Shown one piece after another: positions 38,478-51,552 of a stretch of DNA of 64,000 nt. The notes under the pieces were generated by a model. The model was given only the letters and a program-made list of their open reading frames with translations. It had not been told where the DNA came from and ran no database searches. The stretch is from Octopus sinensis. Lineage: Eukaryota. How positions within the stretch are numbered: the first letter of the stretch is position 1; the number at the start of each line of letters is the position of its first letter. A program made the translations under genes and the position numbers. The stretch lies in assembly GCF_006345805.1 (NCBI RefSeq), contig NC_043001.1, positions 111,414,001-111,478,000 on the forward strand, read 5' to 3'.

Positions 38478-41400
38478 TTAGTGTGAATTTCTCTGTATTA
38501 TTGAGTTCGGATAGTTGAGTCTGGGTTTGTACTTTTCAATGAAGAATGTTTCCTTATTTAGTCTAATTTGTGATGATGATCCGAAAGCACATTGGTAAAA
38601 TGGAAAGATTAAAAATTGTGGTTGTAGTTGCTTTGCGCATTTCTCAATGTGCTCACTAAAAGGTATCATTCTATATTCTGGGAATGTAATCTGTTGTCGA
38701 TGCAGTGTGCATCTACGTCTGAGTGATAGTCCCGTGGACCCCACGTAGTCTTGGTGGCAGCCCGAGCATTTAATGACATAAATTATGTTTTCAGAGGCAC
38801 AAGTAAAGTTAGATTTGATCTTGAATCTCTGTCCCTCTTTAAAGAAGAATTCTGATCCTTCCAATAGGTTAGGACATGTTGCACAGTTCGATCTACCACA
38901 TTTTTTTACTTTTGCATCCGTAATTTTAGAAGACAATTTTGACTTTGTGAGAATCTTTTAAAGTGATTTAGGCTGTTTGTAGCTTTTAATGATTTGGTGT
39001 ATGTTTAGAATTTCCTTTAATTTGGGGTTTTTATGGAGTATTGGTAAATTCTGGGTGATGATGGTGAAAGCTTCTTTGTTTCTGGGGTTGTATGTAGATA
39101 TGTAAGGTAGTATTTTCAGGGAAGGTGTGTTGTTGTGTTGAACTTTTCTTAAAGTTTCTATGTTGATTTCTGTTGCACGTCTGATCCCATCCTCTATGAG
39201 TTGAGTTGGGTAATGTCTGTCAATTAAGGTGTTTTTGAGTTCTTGCAGTCTGAAGTTCCTGGTATTTTGTTCTGACACTATTGTGCATATCCTTCTTGCA
39301 AGGTTGAAGGGGATGTTTGTTTTAGTGTGTCTTGGGTGGCATGAACTAAAAAGAAGGTATTGTTTGGCGTCTGTGGCTTTGTAGAAAATGTCTGTTTCTA
39401 TTTTAAGGTTAATTTTTTTAATTAGTATATCCAAGAACGGGAGTTCCTTTTGGTTGTATTCCATTGTGAACTGTATATTTGGGTTTATGCTGTTCAATAG
39501 GTTTTTAAATTTTAAGAGTTTATCTGTGTTTTCATTCCAGAGAATAAAACAATCGTCCAAGAATCGTTTCCAGTTCTCTTTTATGTATTGAGAGAGGGGG
39601 TTTCCAAAGATTGATAAGGATTCCTGGTAAAAGGTTATTTCCATGGATCCCATTGTTAAGTTCGCAATGACTGGTGCTGCCCTTGTACCCATAGCAATTC
39701 CGGATTTTTGACGGTAAAATGTATTGTCAAACATGAAGTGGTTATTGTGTAGGATGAATTCAATTGATTTTAGTAATGAATTCTTTACTGATCCTTTTTG
39801 GTATTTCTTCCGGAAATTGGTCTAACCAGAACTGAATTGCCTCCAGTCCATAATTATGAGGTATACTGGTATACAAGTTGACTACATCAAATGAAACCAG
39901 GATTGTTTCTTCCTTGGCTTTTTTTGGGAGGTGGTTTAACATATCTAAGTCATCTCTGATATGGCTATCGATATGTTTAAGGAAGGGTTTCAGGAGGATG
40001 TCCATAAGCAGACTTAATCTGTGTGTTTCACAGGTTGGGCCAGCTACAATGGGTCGTAGTTTTAGGTCCCCCGGGTTGGGTGTGTGTATGTATGTCTTCG
40101 GTGATTTTTTTATGGTTTCATTTATAATTTGACTTTTATGAATTTTTGGCACATCATAGAAAAGGCTAGGTTTGCATTTGAAGTTTGTTAGGAAATCAAT
40201 CTCTTTGGTTGTTAGTTCCTTTTCATGGGTTTTAATTAGTGAAGATAGAGTTTTCATTATTTTTTGTGGGGTGTAGTTGGTAATTTTTTCATAATGTAGG
40301 TCGTCATCAAGCAAGGAAATTACAAGATTTCTGTAGTATGATGTATCCATTATTACAACTGCATTTCCCTTGTCTGCTTCCTTAATGGTTATATCCTCAT
40401 CATTTTGAAGTTCTATCAGTTCTTTCCATTGTGTAGTGTTAAAATTTGGGTTAGCTTTCTGTTTATGTATTATTTCTTTATTTTATTATTTCTTGATCTT
40501 TATTTCTTCCTCTGTGGGGGATGTGTTCACTTTTGTTCTTGACTAGTGATTCATCTTCAGTATTGAAACTGGTTGATGCTTCTGCTAGTCTTAATTTTCT
40601 GCAAAATTCTGTTATATTATCCTTGAGTTCATTTAATTTTGCTCTGCGTGGAGTTGGTGTAAATTTGAGCCCTTTTGCGAGGATGTCAATTTTTATGTTA
40701 GAAAGAGGTTTGGTTGAAAGATTGATTATCTTCGGTTTTCCTTATTACTATGTTCCAGCCTGTGTGTCCTGGTGTCCCTGGTCCCTGGCTAAAAAATGTT
40801 GGTTGTAATTTTGTTGTATGAGTTGTCTGTGAGGTGTGTGGTATTTGGTCGGGGGAGTGGTGGTATTGTTGCCTCCGATCGTTGTGTGTGTGTGGGAATC
40901 TATGGTTGTTATTGCTTGTGGTGTGTGTAAAATTTCTGTATGGGAAATATTTTTGTTTCGAACTGCTTGTATGTGGGATGTTGCTTGACATAGTGTTTCT
41001 TTGCGTTTGTCTTGTGTTTAGTGGGGACCAGTAATTTTCGTTCATGGGGTAGTAGCGATTTGTGTGTGGTGTATTTCTTATTCTAGTGTCGTATTGTGCT
41101 GTATGGTGGTGTTGGGTCTGGTATTAGGATGTTGTTTTGTTCTGTTTTTGGTGTAATTTCTTTCATAGACGCGTCCTCTGTCAGCTAGTTCCCTGTTAGG
41201 TTTAGCGTGGTTTGTAAAGGTTGGTTGTGGGTGATTTCTGTTTTTAGTGTATGGAGGATAGTTGGGGGTTGTTCGTGGGTTGTTAGGTTTTTCTTTTTTA
41301 TTTATTGTAATTTTCTTAAGGAAGGGATTATTTGTACCCAATTCATTTTGAAAGTTTCACTATATTTTTGGAAGAAGTCCATGTTTTTCTCCCAGCGTAG

Positions 41401-42090
41401 GAGAGAATTTCTCTCTTCTCTCTCACAGGAATCCTTCCAATGATCCAATGTATTATCGAGGGGTTGTCCCTCGGTGTGTTTCCGTATTATATTGTGCATT
41501 TCCTCGTCTATGCTTTTAAGTTTTTCTTCATTTGTGGAGGCCCTGAGTCTTAGAAGCTCTATTTCTGATTTAAAATTGAACAGAGCCGACTTTTCTCTAA
41601 TAGATCTCTGTCCGTCAGGCTCGTTAGGGATTAATTTTATCTGGAATTTGCGTGGGAGGATAATTGGTGTTGAGTTTATCCATCCCTCGTAGATATCTGC
41701 TTTGTTGGAATTTTTTATCATGTTCCAGAAGGTGAGTTTTCTGTTGTGCAGGTTTGTATTCCAAACGTTTCCTATTTTTCTTTTTGCTGGGTTGGTTTGG
41801 GTGCGTATGGTGTCCTGCTGTGTTTCATTAGGTGCCTGTGTATTATTTTCGGATTTGTTGATGAAAATTGAGTTTAGTGTTGTATATAACTGTTGTAGAT
41901 CCTTACTCACCTGGTCAGTGTAGCGGGTTGCATCTTCATTGCTTTTACTTTCCCGGGCGAGTAAGTTTGATTCCTCGATTCTGTTGTTCAAGTTAAGAAG
42001 CTGTGAATTAATATTTTTCAGTTCTTTGAGTATGTCCTCATTTAAAGTTTTGTCCGAGGTGTTTGACTTCTGTGGCATTTTCGTTCTCAC
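38478..42090 (-). pseudogene. Penelope polyprotein (long N-terminal region, RT, GIY-YIG), multiply frameshifted
   Basis: LAKGLKFTPTP, IKEADKGNAVVIMD, LRPIVAG, VSFDVVNLYTSIP, QKSGIAMG, RFLDDCF, LPFLDI, SCHP, CGRSNCATC..NIIYVIKC..YVGST. Confidence 0.92.
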
Positions 42091-42653
42091 GTGTTTAATA
42101 TATAGATAAGAAAGTTTGTTTGGTAAAGCACGTGGGTGAATATATAAGAAAATAGTAAAGAGTGAAAAACAACAGAAGGCTTAAATGTTAAAATATATAT
42201 ATATTTGCGTCAAAATGTCTGGAGAATATTGGAAAAATTTTTTTTTTCCTTTCCTTAAAATGACATAATTTTATACTTTTTAAAGAAATACCTGTTTCGC
42301 AGTTAGCTCTTCAAATTTCTTGTGACTTAATGTTTATTTTTAATAACGTAATCCTTGTATTTTTGCTACGGAGAGTTATAAATAAGGGAAAGTAGTGAGT
42401 GATTTCTTCCGGTGTAAGGGAGATAATCGCTTAAACTTTAAGAAAAGTTCAACACAACAACACACCTTCCCCGAAAATACTACCTTACATATCAACATAC
42501 AACCCCAGAAACAAAGAAGCTTTCACCATCATCACCCAGAATTTACCAATACTCCATAAAATCCCCAAATTAAAGGAAATTCTAAACATACACCAAATCA
42601 TTAAAAGCTACAAACAGCCTAAATCACTTTAAAAGATTCTCACAAAGTCAAAA

Positions 42654-43112
42654 TTGTCTTCTAAAATTACGGATGCAAAAGTAAAAAAATGTGGTAGATC
42701 GAACTTTGCAACATGTCCTAACCTATTGGAAGGATCAGAATTCTTCTTTAAAGAGGGACAGAGATTCAAGATCAAATCTAACTTTACTTGTGCCTCTGAA
42801 AACATAATTTATGTCATTAAATGCTCAGGCTGCCACCAAGACTACGTGGGGTCCACGGGACTATCACTCAGACGTAGATGCACACTGCATCGACAACAGA
42901 TTGCATTCCCAGAATATAGAATGATACCTTTTAGTGAGCACATTGAGAAATGCGCAAAGCAACTACAACCACAATTTTTAATCTTTCCATTTTACCAATG
43001 TGCTTTCGGATCATCATCACAAATTAGACTAAATAAGGAAACATTCTTCATTGAAAAGTACAAACCCAGACTCAACTATCCGAACTCAATAATACAGAGA
43101 AATTCACACTAA
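42654..43112 (+). CDS. Inverted second copy of the Penelope GIY-YIG domain
   Basis: 152 aa differing at 2 positions from 38478-38936. Confidence 0.9.
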   Translation: MSSKITDAKVKKCGRSNFATCPNLLEGSEFFFKEGQRFKIKSNFTCASENIIYVIKCSGCHQDYVGSTGLSLRRRCTLHRQQIAFPEYRMIPFSEHIEKCAKQLQPQFLIFPFYQCAFGSSSQIRLNKETFFIEKYKPRLNYPNSIIQRNSH

Positions 43113-43487
43113 AGGAAAAAAAAAAATTTAAGCGATTATCTCCCTTACACCGGAAGAAATCACTCACTACTTTCCCTTATTTAGAACTCTCCGTAGCAAA
43201 AATACAAGGATTACGTTATTAAAATAAACATTAAGTCACAAGAAATTTGAAGAGCTAACTGCGAAACCGGTGGTATTCTTTAAAAAGTATAAAATTATGT
43301 CATTTTAAGGAAAGGAAAAAACATTTTTCCAATATTCTCCAGACATTTTGACGCAAATATATATATTTTTTAACATTTAAGCCTTCTGTCGTTTTTTTCA
43401 CTCTTTACTATTTTCTTATATATTCACCCACGTGCTTTACCAAACAAACCTTCTTATCTATCTATTATATATATATATATATATATA

Positions 43488-43539
<52 letters not shown>

Positions 43540-45099
43540 GTATTTTTATATTGTAATCAACATGTAGGCGAAATCAATATATTACCGAATAATAAACGCA
43601 ATGTTTGACATAGGAAAAGAATATTAACTCATGCCATTCATTATTCAAGAGGTCATGCGTATAACAGGATGAAGCTTTGATTTTTTTTTAAATGTAACTG
43701 GACAAAATCATTGTAATCGTGATATATTTTAATGTAAACAATTGAAGAAGGAGAGAAAGAGAAAGAGTGGATGGGAGAGCAAGAGAGAGAGAGGGGGTGG
43801 ATTAGTTAAGAGAGAGAGCATACAATAAAAGAAATTGAGGATGAGAATGAGCGAAGAGAAGTTGTAAGGATGAAAAGGATGACTAGTAGGAATGGTAGTG
43901 TTAAACACAGTAGATAATGTAGGGGAGATAGGAAGAGAGAGAGGTTTGAAAACGCGTTCTCGCAGTGAATTAAAACTTGTTTTCTAACTGAAAATATTTA
44001 ATTACTTAAAATAGTTAATTATAAAAGAATTTCAAAATCACATTTTGATAAAAAGAATAATAAAAGTAGAATTTTAAAGAATTTTCTTGAGAATGTAGAG
44101 TTTTATAATTACTCACTCTTAGTAAAATTACATACATATAGCTAATCAATAACCAGTTTTCTTCATGATATTTAATAAATGTAGTAGCAAATCTATCACT
44201 GACGTTTAAAGCAATTATAAAATTTATAGAATAGAAAATAAATTTAAATGCTTAAAAGAATACGAGGAAAGTGAATACATTAAGATAATATTGTAGAGTT
44301 GTACTGAAGAGTTTCATGCGTTTAAAAAGGTTGAAAGATAAAGCCAGACTAAAATATCTTATATTCTACGGTGCAATCTTATAATATGCTTCTGTACTTT
44401 TAGCAGTATATGTGAAAAGTAAGGAAAAGTTGATAAAATTAGACTAAAATTAGTCGAGGACAAGCATGAAACATGGTGCTTTCCTTGCTAATAGGTTACT
44501 TTTGAGACTGCGTTCCATATAAATGTAAAGTAGGTGCAAGTATACTTCAAAGCCCACATGCATTTAGAATCGGAAGATTCATTTACTTTCCATTATAAGA
44601 AACTAATCTATTAGAGGTACTTGAATAGTTAAAATAATTCAGTGACTGATTCGATTTATATTATCGTGATTGTTAAATTAAGGTTGTCAAATAAAATTAT
44701 GTAAACCGGAAAGAAGTTAAAGTTTCTGCTGAATTCAGTATCGTGATTTCTTCTTTCCATTTATTTTATTGGTTTTTAGCCAGAGGCAAAGTCATGCCGG
44801 GGCACCGCCTTTCAGAGTGATTAAGAGTTTTTCTATGATGTTTGTGTTGAAGTAGTGAGTTGGACACACGTGTTCTTCTATGTGCCTACTACTTCGATAT
44901 AGGTTAATCTGGTATCTCTTAAAAATTTGTCTAAATATTCATTAAAGACCTACACATCTACAGGCTGTTTCAAAGAATATTGAATAAATGTGAAACTTTG
45001 CAAACTTAAATTGTAACGGTTCTGAGTTATTTTTCTAGATGGTATTATGTTGTTTTATTATTACCCACAAGGGGCGAACATAGATGGGACAATACAATC

Positions 45100-48000
45100 T
45101 GATGATGGGGTCAGTCACACGAATGGGTTTTTACAATAAATCGAATTAAAAAATTTTCATGAATTACAATAAATGGACAGAAATCGAATGATGGGACAGA
45201 CCGGAAGACATTACGGGTGGAGTGGGTGCGGGTTTAGCTCGGACCCCACGAGCCCCGCCTCCCCACTGATACTTTTGGTTGCGCTTGGTATTACATTTAT
45301 GTTGTATCTTTCACTCGCAAATTCGTGCTACATCCTTCCATCGTTCTTCATACACTCTCCTAGTCAGGCATATTCTCTCCAGCCCTATCTTCCTTTTCAG
45401 GTGAAAGATGAAATACTTCATCAAACCAGGGCCGGAGATGAACTTGCCTGACTGTACACCTTTCATTCTCGTCTTCCATATCACCTCTTTCGCAATTGCT
45501 ACTACGAGAAAACGAAACTTACCTTCATTCACGAGGAAATCCGGTGGGTCAATTTTTGTAATCGACTCAGTCGACAGCTGTACTCTTCGTGTACCTGACA
45601 ACAGCTGTTCGGCATAAACCCACACCTCAGACACGTCCGGACAATGAACAATAGCGTGCGGGACGGTTTCCCTATCCCGCCCGCATCTTGGACATATCGG
45701 ACTGTCTTGGCCACCGTGCCTTGCGAGTTTATCCCGAACAGGTAGAGCCTCCTCTGTAGCATTGCCATGCCAGAGACTTCTGGAAGTTGTGTCCAGTGTC
45801 CTCGGCTCGAACGTACGTCGGAACAGACTGGCCAGCTGATTATCGTCGAGACCTAGGGTTTCCCCCAAGGTATCTTCACATTCCGCCTCTACCAACCCTC
45901 TATAGAAGAATGTGGTGGAACCCCCACTGCAGGCGTTGCCCGAGCGACGGAATAGCAGGAGAGCCTTGCGACACTCCGTGTACCAAGTACCAAGTTTCGA
46001 TCTACGATTCAGCCAGGTTTCCCATCCACCGAACTAGTGAACTTGGGAAACATCAGTTTTGCTGCTAGCGAACCACACACCCGTTCACCATCTAGGTAGA
46101 GCCACAGATGTCTTAACCTCAGCGCATGTCTGCGCATCATCAGCCAAGGCATCCCTAGCCCACCCTTTAACGGTTGTTGACAGAAAGTAGAGCGTTTCAC
46201 AAGTGGTTTCCCGCCCTTCCACAAAAGTAGAAGAGCTGTCTTTCCAACTTGATCAACCACGAATCAGGGCAAGGAACGACGGAAAGGCGGTAGGTGATAA
46301 CCGATGCGATAAACACATTGGCCACCTCCGCCCTCCTTTTCAGGGATAGCCACCGCCAAGACCAGGTCTTGGCTACTGCAGCCACCTTGCTCGTTACCTC
46401 GCCCCAATTCTTCTCTATTTGGAGGTCTGGACCGAACCAGACCCCTAGCAGTTTAATCGGACCCTCCGTCCAACGTCCACGACGCTGTCAGGAGGCATCG
46501 ACTTACCTCTCCAGGTGCCGAGTTGCAAGCCGACTGACTTTTCGCGATTAACTTTTGCTCCTGTCACCGTCTCGTAAACCTCTATGGCCTTGCCTACTTT
46601 ACATAGGTGGTCCATTTCGGTTACGATGATGGTGATGTCATCCGCGTACGCTGACACTGATTTTCCATTACCTGGCTGTCTCGGGATGCCGCTCAGTTTT
46701 CGCAGTAATGGCTCAAGAGCCATCACGTACAAAAGCGGGGAGAGCGGACACCCTTGACGAACCGAGCGTTTGATTTTGAACGGCTTCTTGTCGAAGCCGT
46801 TCACCCGAACTACCGAGTCGATGTTATCATAAATTTGGATAATCCACCTGAGGAAGCCAAGGCTCAGCCCGAACTGTGCCAGGGCAGATACCAGGTAACG
46901 ATGGTCGACCCTATCAAAAGCTTTAGATTGGTCTAAATGGACCAGTGCCCCACCCTTGCCAGAATCACTATTAAACCCCTCTATAGTGTACCGCATTAGA
47001 TGGAGATTATCCTGAATGGATCTGCCCGGAACGGCACATGTCTGTGCCTCTCCGATCAGACCATCCGCGAAACGCGCCAATCTTTTCGATAACACTTTGG
47101 CCAAAATCTTCAACTCTGTGTTTAGCAGAGTGATGGGCCTGAAATTATCAATGCACTCCCCCTTGCTCGGGTCCTTTCTGACGAGAGTCACTACTCCCCG
47201 GCGCACAGATCTGGGTATAAGCCCGTTCTGCTGCCAGTTCGCATAGACCTCCGCCAGTAGGTGCCCGAACAAGTCTGGCATACTCTTATATAACTCATAG
47301 GGTAGACCATCCAGACCCGGCGCCTTGCCCGCGCCGCAGTCCGGCATTGCCTCAACCACCTCCTCAGGCGTGATTGGCCCTTCACAGCCCTCCGCATCTC
47401 GCCCCGATAAGCGCGGCAGCCCGTCGAGTAGGTCCGTAAAGGCCCTCCTCCTATCCAGTCCGCCGCACTCACCGAAAAGCTGAGCGAAGTGCTCCTGAAA
47501 GGCCTCACACATCTCCTCGGGTTCGTTTATCAACTCACCTTGGTTCGTCAAAGATCGAATCGTGGCATCGTTACCATGCCGAACTTCCACCACTCGGGCC
47601 CATCTCACGGCGTTGATTCCTTCACATCCCATATGGCGGATTCTAGCCCTGACAATGCAGCCCATGTGTTTGGCCTCGAGGTGCTGGTTTAACACCAGTC
47701 TCTTGGACGCCACCTGAGCCGCAGAGCCAGTTTTCATGGCTTCCTCTAATTCTTAACTAGAGTAGTTTCCTTCTAGCCTCTCTAGCCACTACTCCTATGC
47801 TATATCTAATAGACTCAAACTTGATGGCTCGTTTGAGGGCGTATCACCATTTGTTATTAATGATGGTACCAGATAGTGCCCTTTGAATTATATTCCTAAT
47901 CCGGTCTTTGTACTCCTTAATCGCCAAAAGGGACGTATTAAGTTTCCAGTAACCGGATCCTCTATTTTTAACCTTATCTATGTCAAGCTTACAAGTGACC

Positions 48001-48283
48001 ATTTTATGATCACTGTAGCTGATCGGGTAAAGCTGTGGACACTTAGCTATTTTACTGTCTACTTTTCTAATTAGTATTCTATCTAAATATGATCTGGAAG
48101 ATCCGTCGCTGTTTGACCATGTCCACAATGGAGCGTTCGGAAATTCCAGCCTATATGGATCTGCTAGCTCAAAGCGGCTTAGCAGTTCCATGAAGCCACT
48201 GTTGCCTTTTCTATCTGGACGCGAGCCAACACAATCTACATCCGCTTTGCAAATTGTGTTAAAGTCTCCTAGCACCACTAATG
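45100..48283 (-). mobile_element. Tx1/L1-clade LINE ORF2 (EN C-half, RT, zf-RVT) and 3' UTR, decayed
   Basis: VLGDFN..SYLDRILI..SDHK..YWKLNTSLL; KAPGLDGLPYE; FRPITLLNTELKILAK; DQSKAFDRVDH; RQGCPLSP; YADD; CPRCG..ETVPHAIVHC. Confidence 0.93.
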
Positions 48284-49800
48284 AATGCGAAGTTCTGCGT
48301 TACACTTTTTCTGTTTTGGCGGCCGTTTTCGGTCTGTCGGACGGGGGGAGGTGGGCTGTGGGTCTCTAACGGACGTGTCCACGACGGATGAGGAGCTGGA
48401 GCAGGCAGTTGCAGTGAGGCTGATGGAGGGGGGGGGGGCTGGAGTTTTCGAGTCTTTGTCAGACTTGTCTGCGTCTGAGAAGGAGCTAGAAATGGCAGCG
48501 AGGAAATTGGACGAGAAGCTGGGTTATACCTATGCCGGTGTAACCAAGAAGGCGGAAGAGAAAGGGGTCGACTTGGCCAAGCTACCAAGTTACAGAAATA
48601 CATGAAAAGGAAAGCGGTGAGGTGGAACTATCACCGACACCAGGAGAAAAGAATGGTATGATAAGAGGACCATTATTTACAGGGTGTTCGCAAACGAAAG
48701 GAAGAGGGTAGAAGTTGTAACCATGGAGTGGATAGGAGGCCCTGAGAAGAACTGAGGAGGAAATTAATTTTCTGACTCGAAGATCCAAGTACGGTACCGT
48801 AGTTGTGCATTTTAAAAGTGAGTCTGCAGCGAGGAAGATGGCGGCGAAGGCGGTGGTGAGTCAGAAAAGGTAACACTTTTACCTACGTATTTAAACGAAG
48901 GATTACACGAATAAGGGGGGTGGAGGGGGAGGCCACCAAACGTGGAGGCAGAGTGGATTGTGGCGGCTGTGATCAGCGGCCACGAGGAGGAAGTGGATAT
49001 TCTCCATGCCTCGGTTAAGTCCGAGGGCTGGAGAGGCGTAACAGTGGAGCTGAACGTACAGGAGAGAGAACGAGGTACTGGTGGACCTGGCGGAAAGCAT
49101 CAGATTGGGAGACGTGATCATGAGAGTGTGGGTGGAGGGCAGAGCTCCACGTTGTTACAAGTGTGGCCTGAGGGGTCACATAAGAGCCTTCTGCCCTCCC
49201 CAGGGAAAGAAATGGATTCCGAACCACAGAGAGAGAAGCAGAAACCAGAGGAGAAGGAGACAGTAGAAGAGGAAGAGAATACACAGAAATGGAAGGAAGT
49301 GGAAATAAGAGTAAGAGAAGAATACGAGGAAAAGAAAATAACATGGAACACCAATCTACCCCAAAACCACCCACACCCTCTGAGTCCCACCCTATCCATG
49401 CAGACATTGAACCCACCCGCTCCCCCCAACAAGAAAACAAAAGAAAAAAAAGAATACACACACACAAGAGATTGAAATCGATATCAGGCCGTACATTTGT
49501 ACTATGACTGAACAGAAAGAAGTTAAAAGTCTAATGGAAGAGTATAAATGGTATGAAGTTGGTGAGACTAGGTATGCTGTGATTGAAAAGAAGAACTTTG
49601 ATGAGTTTATGGTGAGGTGTGAAAGGGAGAATTGGGAGGTGAAAGATATAAGAATGAGCGATGAATTCGTGGAAAATATGGATGAGTATTTCGGAGTAAG
49701 AATGGATATGGAATTTATTCGTATTGGCAAAGAACATTCAAGTGACGATGAAACACAAAGGACAGGTAAGTGATGCTAACGGATGGGGCCGTTAGTATCG
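48284..49800 (+). mobile_element. Inverted 5'/ORF1 segment, probably of the same Tx1-like LINE
   Basis: RRM-like KYGTVVVHFKSESAARK and gag knuckle CYKCGLRGHIRAFC (C-x2-C-x4-H-x4-C) on the opposite strand, joined directly to the truncated EN. Confidence 0.75.
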
Positions 49801-49924
49801 CTTTCATATTATCATTTTCTTTCACTTAACAATTCATTTTTCATAAATTTTAATTATAACGTTCTATGTCCCCATGTCTTTTGGTGTCCCCCTCTGTGTC
49901 GTCCCTAGTGGGTAATAAAGAATC

Positions 49925-50414
49925 ACCAAATATGAACCATTTTGTTGCACAATGCGTCTCCATATTTCCTTTAACTTGAAAATACGCTCTTCGCAGAATT
50001 GAGGTGGTTTCATGGCAAAGAATTTATCAAGGTATCTTTTTACGTCATCCAAGGAATTGAAATTTTTACCATTATGACTATTCTGTAGAGACCTGAATAA
50101 GTGGAAATCCGAAGGAGCAATATCTGGTGAATATGGAGGGTGGAGTAACACATCCCAGCCGAGCTGCAGCAATTTTTGTCTTGTTCCCAAAGCATCAAGT
50201 GCCGAAAATGAACTTTCTTATCTTCAAATTTTAAAGAGTTACAGAATTAACACAGGTTATAGGAACATAAGCCTTCTTCCACGAAAAGATTGTTTAAATG
50301 TGCTCCAAATGGTGGTGTAGTCAAATCCTATTTTATGGCCTCAACCATGTTCTAAAATAAGTCGAAATGTAAGCTACTATAAATCGGCTCGAACTTTCCG
50401 GACAACCCAATATA
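49925..50414 (-). mobile_element. Internally deleted mariner (D,D34D) element fragment
   Basis: LGWDVLLHPPYSPDIAPSDFHLFRSLQN..W..IV...G.Y; TIR-like tattgggttgtccggaaagttc at the high-coordinate end. Confidence 0.88.
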
Positions 50415-50964
50415 TACATTTACGTGTTCTGTGGCCTTCTTATAATGCTAGAATTGTTGCGTCATTGCATATGCTTTGCACGATTACTCTTAGTGAGGAC
50501 CAGTGAATGTGACTATCATTTGGATATGGAACATATTGTGAAGATGTGGCCTTTGTATGATGTTTTCAACTTCAATATTCAATAATAGTAGGACTCCGAA
50601 TATTTCAAATTGTTGAATTACATTCTTGTTGTTATAGACCTTCTGTGTAATTATCGTAAACTCCAACGCTGGCGACAAGGATTTAGAGCAATTTTAATCG
50701 TCTATCAAAATCAAGATAAAGATTAAATATCGCTCGACTCATGATAATTATTGCCAAGTAGAACCATGCCAATACGCTTTAGCTCTAATCTATTTAAGGA
50801 TGTCACTAAGACTTAACTATTTTAGCCAAAGTTTCTTGCATTAAGTAACATCAACACAAACATCAATCTAAATTCTACCCGTCATATATTTATAAGAGTG
50901 TGTCTGTGATAGCAGTGAACGCACTTGCGCGCGCGTACACACACTCCTTATATCGTCATCTCTT

Positions 50965-51183
50965 TTACTATTTTACTCTTTTGTTTCAGTTATTTGACTG
51001 CGGCCATGCTGGAACACCACCTTTAGTCGAGGAAATCGAAACCCAGGACTTATTCTTTGGAAGCCTAGTACTTATTCTATCGGTCTATTTTGCCTAATCG
51101 CTAAGTTACGGGGACGTGAACACACTAGCATCGGTTGTCAAGCGATGTTGCGGGGGGAACAAACAGACACACAAACACACACA

Positions 51184-51230
<47 letters not shown>
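50965..51230 (-). mobile_element. CORE-SINE (OR2-like) 3' half
   Basis: gactgcggccatgctggaacaccacctttagtcgag...cggttgtcaagcgatg. Confidence 0.85.
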
Positions 51231-51235
<5 letters not shown>

Positions 51236-51239
51236 TTCT

Positions 51240-51384
51240 TTATTTTTTTCTCCTTGTTCCTTTCTGGGAAGAGCATAGGCTCGAAACGATAAATACTTTT
51301 TCAGTTCCCGAACGTTATACTAAAATATCGGTTTGTTGTCTACACCACCTGTCTAAGCCTTTTGTTTCTTTTTTGTGAATTTTC

Positions 51385-51385
<1 letters not shown>
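51240..51385 (+). mobile_element. Probable Penelope-type terminal fragment with degenerate hammerhead remnant
   Basis: gaaGAGCataGGCTCgaaacg: stem II and GAAA present, CUGANGA core broken. Confidence 0.3.
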
Positions 51386-51431
<46 letters not shown>

Positions 51432-51514
51432 ATATTAATAAGAAGATATATATATATATATATATATAATATATAATCTATTATATATATCTATATATAT
51501 ATATATAATATATA

Positions 51515-51552
<38 letters not shown>

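Larger units (their letters stand above)
38172..43462 (-). mobile_element. Full-length Penelope-like element with direct (42140-42432) and inverted (42433-43462) pseudo-LTRs, within (TA)n
   Basis: RT plus C-terminal GIY-YIG; tail 38172-38465 repeated directly at 42140-42432; EN plus tail repeated inverted at 42433-43445; (TA)n on both flanks. Confidence 0.95.
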
